A stretch of DNA of 63,351 bases, the filler included, from an uncultured Chlamydiae bacterium (GTDB lineage Bacteria > Chlamydiota > Chlamydiia > Chlamydiales > SM23-39): NCBI GenBank assembly GCA_937899275.1. It is 8 parts of 8 records of this genome, joined end to end, with 100 filler letters (N's around TTAATTAATTAA, not from the genome) between each part and the next. Parts side by side here need not be neighbours in the genome. Positions count along the whole stretch, not along the records: positions 5,846 to 22,301 come from CALBPE010000031.1; positions 22,402 to 35,306 come from CALBPE010000032.1; 6 more parts are not named here. One strand, 5' to 3'. Below are positions 17,893-27,828 of this stretch, in pieces. The position numbers and the translations under genes were made by a program. The notes below the pieces were generated by a model, which saw only the letters and a program-made list of their open reading frames with translations, searched no databases and was not told the DNA's origin. Position 1 is the stretch's first letter. Each line of letters begins with the position of its first letter.

Positions 17893-20814
17893 TTATACGG
17901 GTTGTATAGGTAATGGGCTTTTTTTCGATGCATTTTCTTTTGCAAAAAATGCATCGTTTGAAAAACTAATAGTAATGCCTTGCTGTAATGGAGCAATGGT
18001 GTCTACAGCTCTTGCAATGGTTTTTTTATCTAAGGCAAGTACGCTGTCTCGCATGTTTTGGTGCATGGCAAGAGTGATCCCTTTTTTTCTTCGAAGGTAT
18101 TCGGTAAGGCCTCTTGATCCAGGAGAAATGGGTTGATCAAATCCTTGGATCACGCTGAGGATCGCATCTTCTAAGTCTTGCTTTGCAAACTCTTGTTTTT
18201 TTAAAGCCTCTACCGATTTTTCAAAACTTGCTAAACTAGAAAATAGATGGGGGTCTCTATAGGCTCTGAAGGTAAAATCCCCTCTAATGGGATCGAAAAA
18301 AGCGCCCGAGCCATAAGCGCCTCCTTGCTCTCGGATTTCTTTATGTAAGACAGTGTTTTGCATCAGCTCGGCTGCAGCAAAAAGAGCGGGGGACTCTGCG
18401 GTTTTATAAGTCGCTGCAGGCACAGAAAGCGCTGTAAAAGCCACAGGTGAAGGGATGATGTATGCGCAAGAACTCTGGTTTTTTTCGGGAATATCTTTTG
18501 GATCAAAAGGCTGGTTTTTTTTATCGATCGTTCGATCAAAAAGACCGTAAAAATCCGCTTTTTCTAACGACTCATAGTCGGATGGATCTGCGGTTACAAC
18601 CCAGTCAATTGGTTGAGAAAAAAAACAGCTTTTATACCGAGAAAATGTTTCTAAAAGGTGAGGTAAAAAGTCACTTTTCCCATCTAGGTCTATACCTAAA
18701 ACTGTTTGTCTATAGCGAAAACCGTACCATAAATCTTGCAGGTAGCTGCTTTTGCTAAGGCCAGAGCGGGCCAGAGATTTTGCATAATGCATTGCCTGGG
18801 ATGTGATATGGCTTTTGATCTCTACTTGTTCTTTTTCAATGAGCTGCTTCATCCGATTTGTATCAGAAAAATCCACATCTTCTAACATCTCTTTTAGAAA
18901 AGAGCACATCTTTTCTGCTTTTTGTCTCAGCGCTTTTGTGCGGATGATTAAAAGAGGGGAGGGATTTTCAGGATCATCTACTGAGATATTAGTCGATAGA
19001 TACGCCTCAAAACCGCCAAGATGTGCATTCATGTAGGAAAGATTTTCTTGATAAGAGCGGGATTTGGTGCCCACTTCGCTTAAAAACCCTGCAAATAAAG
19101 AGACATAAGGTAGGTCTTTTTGCGAGATTTTTGGTAGAGAGATGCAGGCATCGATGTACACAATATGGTTTGTAAAAACGGGACTAAAAAACACGGTTTT
19201 TTCTTCTAAAGGCCAGGTTTTTACACTAGGATTGACGTCTTTTAAAGAGAGCTTAGGAAGGCAATCTAATGATTGATGCTCCATTTTTTCTTGGTGGATC
19301 TTGAGTTTTTTTGCCTGAGAGATAAGCGTTTTTTTATCTTCTTCTTTCAGTTTTTTTTGCAGGCTTTGCAAGGTATTTTTTTCTTCCTCTTCTTCTTTTT
19401 CTAGGAGGGTGGTATCTGGTTTTACAGTGAGGGCTACATAGTGGGGATTATCCAAAAAGTAGGTATGGATAAGAAGGGATAAATACTCAGGGTTTTTTGT
19501 TTTATTGCGAAGCTCTTGAAAAACCTGGTCGATTTCTAATGAGGCGTTTGTTTCCACTCCATGCTGTTTGGGTAAAATTGCTCTCATAAATAGATGCAGT
19601 CCGTAAGGATAAGAACGGGTGTGGATCTCTTTTTTGGAAAATTCTAATGCGTGGAGAGCCTCTTCAATTTTTTTCGGATCGATCCGATTTTTTGCAAGAG
19701 ACTTCAGTGAAGAAAACAATAGATCTGCGATATCTTCAGAAGTTTTTTCACCGACACCTTTACAAAGAATAATAAAAGGAGCTTCACTTAGTTCGGTTTC
19801 AAAGTAGGCTTCCACACTTTTAATCCCTGCATCTAATAACGACTTTTTTAAAGGCGATGCGTCGGTATCAAATAAGATGCTTTCGAGTAAGCTCAAAGCA
19901 AAAGTTGCGGCAATATCTTCTGCATGCGCCGTTAAAAATGCAAAGCCGACGACATCTTCTTCACCTTCTTTTGCGGGATAAAACTCGGTTGCATAGATCG
20001 GAGATGAAAACCTTTTCTGCCGGGGCATTGGGGGGTAGATTTTTTTTTCATCTACTGTAGATAAAATAGCTTGATCGATGAAGTCTAGATGAGTTTTTGT
20101 ATCGATGTTGCCATAAAAGTAGAATACCGCATTTGAAGGGTGGTAAAAATAGCGGTGAAATTCTACAAGCTCTTCATGTGTCAGCGTCGGAATCTCCCTT
20201 GGATCTCCTCCTGAATTATGCCGGTAGGTAAGATCGGGGTAGAGTTTATGAAAAAGGTGCTGCCAAAATCTTGCCTGCATGGAGCCCATAGCGCCTTTCA
20301 TTTCATTGAAGACAACACCTCGATACACCAAAGGTGTATTGGCATTTTCTGGATCTAAAAACTCCAACCTGAGGCCTTCTTGTAAAAGGCTTAAACTCTC
20401 TAGTTTGTGATAAAATACCGCATATATGTAGACATCGAGTAGATTATAGAAGTCTTTTTGGTTTTCTGAGCTTGCAGGATAGCAGGTTAAATCCATACCG
20501 GTAAACGCATTCATAAACGTGTGTAAAGAGCGCCTTAACATAGAGAAAAAAGGGTCTTTTACCGGGTATTTTTTCGATCCACAAAGAACTGTGTGCTCTA
20601 AAATATGCGCTACGCCGTTAGACGACGAGGGAATTGTTTGCAAAGAGATGCAAAATACATTTTCAGGATCTGCATTTTGTATATGCACAACCGATGCTCC
20701 CGTTTTTTCATGGGTTAATTCAATGAGATCGATTGCAAGCTCGGGGATTTTTTGCAGGTGCGTTACATGAAACGATCCGTAGGTTTGCCCTACAGAGCTG
20801 AAAGGTGTGTGCAT
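17893..20814 (-). CDS. insulinase family (M16C, PreP-like) zinc metalloprotease
   Basis: HILEH, KDPFF, MNAFT, GVVFNEMKG, IREQGGAYG, YRDP. Confidence 0.95.
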   Translation of the reverse strand: MHTPFSSVGQTYGSFHVTHLQKIPELAIDLIELTHEKTGASVVHIQNADPENVFCISLQTIPSSSNGVAHILEHTVLCGSKKYPVKDPFFSMLRRSLHTFMNAFTGMDLTCYPASSENQKDFYNLLDVYIYAVFYHKLESLSLLQEGLRLEFLDPENANTPLVYRGVVFNEMKGAMGSMQARFWQHLFHKLYPDLTYRHNSGGDPREIPTLTHEELVEFHRYFYHPSNAVFYFYGNIDTKTHLDFIDQAILSTVDEKKIYPPMPRQKRFSSPIYATEFYPAKEGEEDVVGFAFLTAHAEDIAATFALSLLESILFDTDASPLKKSLLDAGIKSVEAYFETELSEAPFIILCKGVGEKTSEDIADLLFSSLKSLAKNRIDPKKIEEALHALEFSKKEIHTRSYPYGLHLFMRAILPKQHGVETNASLEIDQVFQELRNKTKNPEYLSLLIHTYFLDNPHYVALTVKPDTTLLEKEEEEEKNTLQSLQKKLKEEDKKTLISQAKKLKIHQEKMEHQSLDCLPKLSLKDVNPSVKTWPLEEKTVFFSPVFTNHIVYIDACISLPKISQKDLPYVSLFAGFLSEVGTKSRSYQENLSYMNAHLGGFEAYLSTNISVDDPENPSPLLIIRTKALRQKAEKMCSFLKEMLEDVDFSDTNRMKQLIEKEQVEIKSHITSQAMHYAKSLARSGLSKSSYLQDLWYGFRYRQTVLGIDLDGKSDFLPHLLETFSRYKSCFFSQPIDWVVTADPSDYESLEKADFYGLFDRTIDKKNQPFDPKDIPEKNQSSCAYIIPSPVAFTALSVPAATYKTAESPALFAAAELMQNTVLHKEIREQGGAYGSGAFFDPIRGDFTFRAYRDPHLFSSLASFEKSVEALKKQEFAKQDLEDAILSVIQGFDQPISPGSRGLTEYLRRKKGITLAMHQNMRDSVLALDKKTIARAVDTIAPLQQGITISFSNDAFFAKENASKKSPLPIQPV

Positions 20815-20823
20815 AGATTTTCC

Positions 20824-21135
20824 TTAATGGTCAGAAGATTTTTTCGGTTCTTTTTCCAACTTTTCTAACAGAAAAACCGCATTTTTTTCTACTTTGATCA
20901 GTTCGTCTAATGCAATTTGATCTCGATCAATTTGCATATGGAAAAGGGCGTTTTCAGGATCTTTTTTTTCTCGAAGAAAAAGGGCTTTTTTTGCCTCTTC
21001 GATCCGCTGTTTGAGAAGGTTTTGTTCAGCTACGTTGATGTCGATGTGTTTTCGCAGAAACGCTTCTTTGTTTTCTGCTTGCAGGTACTGCTTTTCAGAA
21101 AAACCATCGAACGATTTTTTCGGATTTTTGACCAT
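20824..21135 (-). CDS. hypothetical coiled-coil protein
   Basis: 103-aa ORF with AGGAGG RBS; directly upstream of the insulinase gene. Confidence 0.7.
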   Translation of the reverse strand: MVKNPKKSFDGFSEKQYLQAENKEAFLRKHIDINVAEQNLLKQRIEEAKKALFLREKKDPENALFHMQIDRDQIALDELIKVEKNAVFLLEKLEKEPKKSSDH

Positions 21136-21339
21136 AAACGCGCCTCCTATGGTAAAATGTAGTCTACGGATTTCCTATTTTCTAGAAAACCGGTATTTCT
21201 GCAGTCTACCCAGGAAGGCGAAAAAACGGGAATCCGTACTTCTTCGATCTAATATTTATTATTTGTTTCTTATTATTAATAACTTGCATTTTTTTATATA
21301 AATATAGAATAAATATTTCATGGTTTTGTTATAATAGTT

Positions 21340-21768
21340 ATGTTTCAAGTAAAAAGGCTTTTTATGGTTATACCAGCTCAAAATATCCTTACATCTTATC
21401 ACGAGTTTTTTAGAGAGCTGACAGACACTACGTTGCATGCCTATGAAGAAGTGCATTTTGGTTTCGTAGATCCGGTGATTCGCGAAGGTAGATCTGCTTT
21501 TCTTGGAGCTGCGTATGCTATTCGCGCGCTTTGGCAGTGTTTTTCGGGTCTAATTAGCGAAGTATGTGCATTTTACGGCTCGATTTCGCATCAAAACGCC
21601 TTAGTAAGAGCTCGCTCTTCCATTAGCTTAGAAGAGGTGAGTGATAGCGAGGATGCATTTCCCCCTGTTGGCTCAAATCCTAATAGACGCGGCCTTTATC
21701 GAAGAAATATTCGAGAAGGCATGTTCATAGCGCCTCCCGGAGGCGTGCCTGTTGATATAAGATGGTAG
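21340..21768 (+). CDS. hypothetical protein (start may be ATG at 21364)
   Basis: 142-aa ORF after an AT-rich upstream tract. Confidence 0.6.
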   Translation: MFQVKRLFMVIPAQNILTSYHEFFRELTDTTLHAYEEVHFGFVDPVIREGRSAFLGAAYAIRALWQCFSGLISEVCAFYGSISHQNALVRARSSISLEEVSDSEDAFPPVGSNPNRRGLYRRNIREGMFIAPPGGVPVDIRW

Positions 21769-22147
21769 ATTTTCGATAAGCTTGCACATTACAATCTAAA
21801 AACCAGTAGTTTAGTAAGATAATGTGTGAAAAATTGCTCATGAATCTAAACAGGTCTTTCCGATCATTGCCCTTAGATTTATACGAAAAAAAGCGGTTGC
21901 TGGATGTTTTCAGATGGATATAAGCTTTTATTTATTAATAGTATAAATTTTTATAAATTAGTTATTGATTTATTTAAAATAAAACATATTTTATATTAAT
22001 AATCGTTGTTTTATAATTTAAATAATAAAGCCCTTAAAACAATTAAGGGAGAGATTACGAATAGTTTACAAAATCGAGGGCATAGGTGGAGTAGCCTCCA
22101 AAAAAGTGGACCACCTTATTTATTGCTTACTTATGAGGAGAACAAAA

Positions 22148-22301
22148 ATGCTATCTATAGAAACAAAATCAGCGCCAAATCCTTCTTATCTGACAAATCG
22201 CAAGCAGTATGTAAATAGCCTTACAGATCGGCTCAATTTGTTAAAAATCACCGCTGTTGCCACACTTGCTATCTCTTTTCTTGTAGGAGCGCTTGCTTTA
22301 G
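22148..22301 (+). CDS. Inc-like family protein, 3' truncated
   Basis: GAGGAG RBS; SLTDRLNLLKITAVATLAISFLVG resembles SFKDRLAFIKVATVALAVLGVVG of 60377..61099. Confidence 0.65.
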
Positions 22302-22401
22302 NNNNNNNNNNNNNNNNNNNNNNNNNNNNNNNNNNNNNNNNNNNNTTAATTAATTAANNNNNNNNNNNNNNNNNNNNNNNNNNNNNNNNNNNNNNNNNNN
22401 N
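22302..22401. other. artificial contig linker
   Basis: N run with TTAATTAATTAA. Confidence 0.99.
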
Positions 22402-23029
22402 CCCATTTTCTGATTTTATCTCTCAGAAAAAAGAGGGGAAATACCCGCAGTATAAAGCGCATATTAGCGGATTTTCTCGCTTCATTTATGATGAAGAAGA
22501 GCTAGCTGCTTTGAAAGAGGAAGAAGAAGCCTTTCAAAGAAAAACGCATGAAGAGACGCTCCAATCTATTCCAGAAGAAGAAATTACCGATGAAATGCGC
22601 GTATTTACCCCAAAAGGCTTTCCGGTAATTGAGCTTTTTTCTAGTAAAGACATCGCTTCTTTAGCAGAAAAACTCGCCAGCTTTTCACTGCAAATTGAAC
22701 ATTATGCGCGCGTTGATGCGCCGCTTTTCACTTTGCAGCTAGAAGAAGGCGAAGAGCCTTTATACAGCCTGCAAGATCTCATTGATTACCTGCGTAGTGT
22801 AGGGAGAAATGGATTGGATATACAGCGTTATAAAGGTCTTGGTGAAATGAACGCAGACCAGCTATGGGAAACGACTATGGATCCAGAAAAACGGACCCTT
22901 GTTCAAGTAAATCTTCCCGACGCTATTAGAGCAGATCAAATGTTTTCTATGTTGATGGGTGAAGAAGTGGGACCTCGAAGAGCTTTTATTGAGTCTCACG
23001 CTCTTTCTGTCAAAAACCTCGATATTTAA
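22402..23029 (+). CDS. gyrB: DNA gyrase subunit B, 3' part
   Basis: [22 protein letters not shown]...[14 protein letters not shown]...NLDI; frame is open from the contig start. Confidence 0.97.
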
Positions 23030-23052
23030 TGTAAGGAGAAAAAGGCCCTCAT

Positions 23053-25503
23053 ATGAGCTATACAGAAAACGAAGAAATTATCCCAAGAAATGTAGAAGAG
23101 GAAATGCGCGAAAGCTATCTTCGCTACTCTATGTCGGTGATCATATCGAGAGCTCTTCCCGATGTAAGAGACGGCTTAAAGCCCTCACAAAGGCGTATTT
23201 TATACGCTATGAGAGCGTTAAACCTATCTCCAGGAGCCAAATACCGTAAATGCGCAAAGATCTCAGGTGATACTTCAGGTGACTTCCACCCGCACGGTGA
23301 AAGTGTGATTTATCCCACGTTAGTGCGTATGGCGCAAAATTGGGCGATGCGCTATCCCTTAATCGATGGACAGGGGAACTTCGGCTCGATCGATGGTGAC
23401 CCTCCAGCTGCGATGAGATACACAGAAGCTAAGCTGACCTTTGCTTCAATGGCGTTAATGGAAGACTTAGATAAAGACACGGTCGACCATGTTCCCAACT
23501 ATGATGAGACAAAAAAAGAGCCCGTTGTTTTCCCTTCAAAATTTCCTAATCTTTTGTCCAATGGATCCTCTGGAATTGCTGTGGGTATGGCTACCAATAT
23601 CCCACCTCACAACCTTCAAGAGCTGATTGCTGCTACGATTTTAGTCATTGATGATCCAGATGTATCGATTGACGACATCATGAAGGTTATGCCTGCTCCT
23701 GATTTTCCTACAGGGGGCATCATCTCTGGCTACCGCGGTGTAAAAGAAGCGTATCATACAGGTAGAGGTAAGATCTTACTTCGAGGAAAACTCGATGTAG
23801 AAGAAAAAAAAGAAGGCAAAAACGCGATTATCGTTACAGAGATTCCCTATAACGTGAATAAATCCCGTTTGATTGAACACATCGCTTCTTTGATTACCAA
23901 TAAAACCATTACGGGGATTTCAGATATCCGCGATGAATCGGATAAAGATGGCCTTCGTATCCACCTAGAGCTAAAGCGGGGAGAGATTCCTGAAGTGATC
24001 ATCAATCAGCTGTATAAGTATAGCGATCTTCAGGTGACTTTTGGCTGCAATATGGTGGCTTTAGATAAAGGCCTTCCTCGCGTGATGAACATCAAAGAGT
24101 TTATTCAGGGATGGGCCTTACACCGTATTCAGGTGATTCGAAGACGTACCCGTTTTGAGCTGAAAAAAGCAGAGGCGAGGGCTCATGTATTAGAAGGCTA
24201 TTTAAAAGCGCTTGATCATTTAGATGAAGTGATTCGTTTGATTCGTTCTTCTGCTTCAAAAGAAGAAGCGAAAAAAGAGTTGATTTCTCGATTTGGCTTC
24301 TCTCCGATACAAGCAGGAGCTGTATTAGACCTTCGCTTATATCAAATCACTTCATTAGAACGAGAGAAAGTTGAAGGAGAATACTCTGATCTTACGAAAA
24401 AAATTGCCCATCTAAAAGCGATTTTAGCATCGGAGCAGATGGTAAAAGATATCATTAAAGAAGAGCTGGAAACCGTTTCTATCAAGCATCGATCCGTTCG
24501 AAAAACCGCTATTTTTGCCGCGGAAAGCGAAATGCAAATGGAAGATTTGATCCGCGATGAAGCAGTGATTGTCACTATTTCTGATGATGATTATATCAAA
24601 CGGATGCCGATTACCGCTTTTCGTGAACAAAGGCGGGGAGGGCAAGGAGTCATCGGTATGGAAATGAAAAAAGAAGACGCCTTAAAAATGGCGTATTCTT
24701 GCTCCACCCACGACCAGCTATTAATTTTCACCACATTTGGTAGATGCTACTGGCTAAAAACCTGGCAAATTCCAGAGGGTAGTAGACGCTCGAAGGGAAA
24801 GCCTTTTGTCAATTTACTCGATGATATCCAGCCAAATGAAAAACTAGCGGCAATTGTACGGCTAAAAAACTTTACAGAGCCTGGATGCATCCTTTTAACC
24901 ACCTTAAAAGGTGTGGTCAAGAAAACCGAAATCTCTGCATTTTCTAATCCAAGAAGAAAAGGCGTCTACGCAATTAACATCGATGAAGATGATGAGTTGA
25001 TTGCGGCATCTCGCGTAGAGGAAGGACAACAAATCATGATTTTTACCCGAAATGGTATGGCTGTGCGTTTCGAAGAAAATCAAGTCCGCGCTATGGGAAG
25101 AGTAGCTCGAGGAGTGCGAGGTGTGTCTCTTAAAAATAAAGAAGACCGCGTGGTCGGCTCTGCTGTTGTTAATGGTAACGAGTCGATTTTAGTTGTCTGT
25201 GAAAATGGTTATGGTAAACGCTCTAAGGTGGAGCATTTCCGCCAGACAAATCGCGGCGGGGTAGGTGTTCGATCGATCATCGCCTCTATCCGAAATGGCT
25301 TTGTTGTAGGTGCAGCAATTGCCTCTGACGAAGATAGCGTATTTCTGATCTCAGATTTAGGCCAAGGCGTACGTATCCGTATGGAAGATGTCCGCGTCAT
25401 GGGTAGATCTACTCAAGGAGTGCGTCTTGTTACCTTAAAAGAGGGTAAAGTCGTTAGTATGCAGAAAATTTCTTCTGTTGTGGATGGGGAAGAGTCTCCA
25501 TGA
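23053..25503 (+). CDS. gyrA: DNA gyrase subunit A
   Basis: [25 protein letters not shown] (catalytic Tyr), GyrA-box QRRGGQG. Confidence 0.98.
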   Translation: MSYTENEEIIPRNVEEEMRESYLRYSMSVIISRALPDVRDGLKPSQRRILYAMRALNLSPGAKYRKCAKISGDTSGDFHPHGESVIYPTLVRMAQNWAMRYPLIDGQGNFGSIDGDPPAAMRYTEAKLTFASMALMEDLDKDTVDHVPNYDETKKEPVVFPSKFPNLLSNGSSGIAVGMATNIPPHNLQELIAATILVIDDPDVSIDDIMKVMPAPDFPTGGIISGYRGVKEAYHTGRGKILLRGKLDVEEKKEGKNAIIVTEIPYNVNKSRLIEHIASLITNKTITGISDIRDESDKDGLRIHLELKRGEIPEVIINQLYKYSDLQVTFGCNMVALDKGLPRVMNIKEFIQGWALHRIQVIRRRTRFELKKAEARAHVLEGYLKALDHLDEVIRLIRSSASKEEAKKELISRFGFSPIQAGAVLDLRLYQITSLEREKVEGEYSDLTKKIAHLKAILASEQMVKDIIKEELETVSIKHRSVRKTAIFAAESEMQMEDLIRDEAVIVTISDDDYIKRMPITAFREQRRGGQGVIGMEMKKEDALKMAYSCSTHDQLLIFTTFGRCYWLKTWQIPEGSRRSKGKPFVNLLDDIQPNEKLAAIVRLKNFTEPGCILLTTLKGVVKKTEISAFSNPRRKGVYAINIDEDDELIAASRVEEGQQIMIFTRNGMAVRFEENQVRAMGRVARGVRGVSLKNKEDRVVGSAVVNGNESILVVCENGYGKRSKVEHFRQTNRGGVGVRSIIASIRNGFVVGAAIASDEDSVFLISDLGQGVRIRMEDVRVMGRSTQGVRLVTLKEGKVVSMQKISSVVDGEESP

Positions 25504-26123
25504 AAGCGCTGTTCGTTACCTTCGAAGGGGGTGATGGCTCAGGCAAAACCACGCTAATAGCTGCTTTAGAACGCAGGTTCAAGCAGCGTATGTCTATTCT
25601 TTCGGTAAGAGAGCCTGGAGGCACCAAACTTGGTGAAACTGTTCGAAGCGTTTTACTCGATCAGGATCTTACGCTATCAAATAAAGCAGAACTTGCGCTT
25701 TTTTTGGCTGCTCGCATTCAGCATATAGAAGAAGTGATCCGCCCTAGCTTATCTAAATATGACCTCATTCTTTGTGATCGTTTTCACGACTCTTCTATTG
25801 CGTATCAAGGAGCGGCTAGAGGACTTGGTGAATCATTTGTAGAAAAAACTTGTCTACTTTTGACAGAGAATTTCCAACCAGATTTGACGATCTATCTAGA
25901 TATTTCTCCACAAGATGCAGAGATGCGTTTAGAGCAAACTAAAGATCGCATTGAAAAAGAGCCTAGAGCTTTTCATGAAGCCATTCGAAAAAGCTACAGG
26001 CGTCTAGCTTCTTGTTTTCCCAAAAGAATTCATACGATTGACGCTTCTTTACCTAAAGAAGTTGTAGAAAATACAGCGTACCTTCTTCTTTTGCAGTTCA
26101 TAAAAGAGCGCGTGGATGTTTGA
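25500..26123 (+). CDS. tmk: thymidylate kinase
   Basis: FEGGDGSGKTT, REPGGT, DRFHDSSIAYQG. Confidence 0.96.
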   Translation: MKALFVTFEGGDGSGKTTLIAALERRFKQRMSILSVREPGGTKLGETVRSVLLDQDLTLSNKAELALFLAARIQHIEEVIRPSLSKYDLILCDRFHDSSIAYQGAARGLGESFVEKTCLLLTENFQPDLTIYLDISPQDAEMRLEQTKDRIEKEPRAFHEAIRKSYRRLASCFPKRIHTIDASLPKEVVENTAYLLLLQFIKERVDV

Positions 26124-27015
26124 ACAGATTTTAGGCAACCTACCCGTAAAAACGTATCTATCTTCTAGGTTAGAAAAGCAAGCCTTTCCCCAAGCCTGCT
26201 TATTTTTAGGGCCTAAAGCGGTAGGTAAAAAAAACTTGGTTGAAGAAATCGCAGAAACTCTTCTTAACGACGTAAACGGTTTATGCAAAAAACGGCAGCA
26301 TCCAGATTTTTATGAGTTATCCACATTTTCAATGGAATCCATCCGCAGCATAATCGAAGAGGTACATAAACCCCCTTTTATGGCAAACGCCAAAGTCATT
26401 GCCTTTTACGATGCAGATCAGCTGTCGATTACTGTACAAAATGCGCTACTCAAAACGTTGGAAGAGCCGCCAAAAAACACCTATTTTCTATGGACAGCGC
26501 AGAATAAAACTGCGATGTTACCTACAGTACTATCTAGACTATTGGTCTTTCCTTTAGTGCGCGTATCTACAAAAGAGGCAAAAGAGCATTTACTCAAAGA
26601 AAAAGGTGCGACAGCATCTGCAGTAGAAAAAGCATTTTTACTAGCAGAGGGATCGATTGCCCACGCAAAAAAGATCTTACGAGGAGAAGATCCCTTAGTT
26701 TCTCTTACTGTTTCTTTGCTTACAGCAAAAGACTATTTTGCCTATCGACAGGTTGTCGAAAAAATCCTTACAGTAGATCACCAAGAAAGACTCTTTTCGT
26801 ATATCCTTTTTTGGTGGCGAGATGTTACGGAAAAAGAGCGGCTCTGTAGGTATTTTCCCGAGGCAAAAACAGCTGTTTTACCAGATATTTCATTTAGTGA
26901 AGTTGAGAAGATAATAGGAAAATTATCTCACGCGTATACTCTGCATATTCCTTTGGAAGAGTGCTTAGATCAGCTATTTTTTGAAGTGTTTGAACGATGC
27001 TCCAGACCAGCCTAA
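26116..27015 (+). CDS. holB: DNA polymerase III delta' subunit
   Basis: HPDF, QNALLKTLEEPP, LPTVLSR; follows tmk. Confidence 0.92.
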   Translation: MFEQILGNLPVKTYLSSRLEKQAFPQACLFLGPKAVGKKNLVEEIAETLLNDVNGLCKKRQHPDFYELSTFSMESIRSIIEEVHKPPFMANAKVIAFYDADQLSITVQNALLKTLEEPPKNTYFLWTAQNKTAMLPTVLSRLLVFPLVRVSTKEAKEHLLKEKGATASAVEKAFLLAEGSIAHAKKILRGEDPLVSLTVSLLTAKDYFAYRQVVEKILTVDHQERLFSYILFWWRDVTEKERLCRYFPEAKTAVLPDISFSEVEKIIGKLSHAYTLHIPLEECLDQLFFEVFERCSRPA

Positions 27016-27828
27016 TTTTGTTCTGAGTGTATAAAAATAGTCTTTATCGGGAAACGACAGCAGGGGAAACGTCTTAGGCGATTTTTTGATTTTGAACTCT
27101 TCTTGTGGATGCATCATGAAATGATCGAGACCATCTGCACGCACTTCGATTGGCTCTGAGGCAGACTCATATTTTAGCGTAATCTCATGGCTTGCCGTTA
27201 ATACAAAGGGCCTATTGGAGATGGTATGAGCGCAAATTGGCGTAATGACAACAGCATCTAGACCAGGACTTAAAATAGGACCTCCTGCAGCTAAAGAGTA
27301 GGCGGTAGAGCCGTTGGGAGTAGCGATAATGATGCCGTCTGCGATATACGTGTTCATATACATCTTGTCTACATAAATAGAAATTTCAACTAGACCCTGC
27401 TTTTGTCCCCTATGAATAGTAAAATCATTTACCGCTAGGTATTTTTTCTTGCTGGGAGAAGATCCTGTAAGAACAATCCTTTTATGGATGGTGTAATTGC
27501 CCTCAAGTAGATGTTCCAGTGCAGGGAAAATTTCTGCTACAGGTATATTTGCCATAAATCCTAGATGGCCTAAGTTGATCCCAAAAATGGCAGCTTTTGC
27601 TCCGCAGTATTTATTATATAGGCGAAGAATAGTGCCATCGCCGCCCATAGAGATCATAAAGTCGATATCATCGATTGAAAGCGTATCTAAAGAAGTGCAT
27701 CCAATCAGGTGAGAGACGCCTTTTTCCGCTGCAACGGTAACGCCTTTTTCCGTTAAAAATGTGTTGATTTGTTTGGCGATTTCAAAGGATTGAGGAAAGT
27801 AATCCGTAGGAAATACGGCAATGATCAT
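26974..27828 (-). CDS. nadK: NAD kinase
   Basis: GGDGT, GINLGHLGF, ND, DGIIIATPNGSTAYSLAAGGP. Confidence 0.96.
   Translation of the reverse strand: MIIAVFPTDYFPQSFEIAKQINTFLTEKGVTVAAEKGVSHLIGCTSLDTLSIDDIDFMISMGGDGTILRLYNKYCGAKAAIFGINLGHLGFMANIPVAEIFPALEHLLEGNYTIHKRIVLTGSSPSKKKYLAVNDFTIHRGQKQGLVEISIYVDKMYMNTYIADGIIIATPNGSTAYSLAAGGPILSPGLDAVVITPICAHTISNRPFVLTASHEITLKYESASEPIEVRADGLDHFMMHPQEEFKIKKSPKTFPLLSFPDKDYFYTLRTKLGWSGASFKHFKK

Noticed and set aside
22083..22119. AGGTGG...CCACCT hairpin in the leader of the 22148 gene as a riboswitch or ncRNA
   Set aside because: Short stems, and no resemblance to an RNA family I recognise.
23287..23320. GyrA HGESVIYP as a quinolone-resistance variant
   Set aside because: This is the usual chlamydial sequence, with Ser at the 83-equivalent position.
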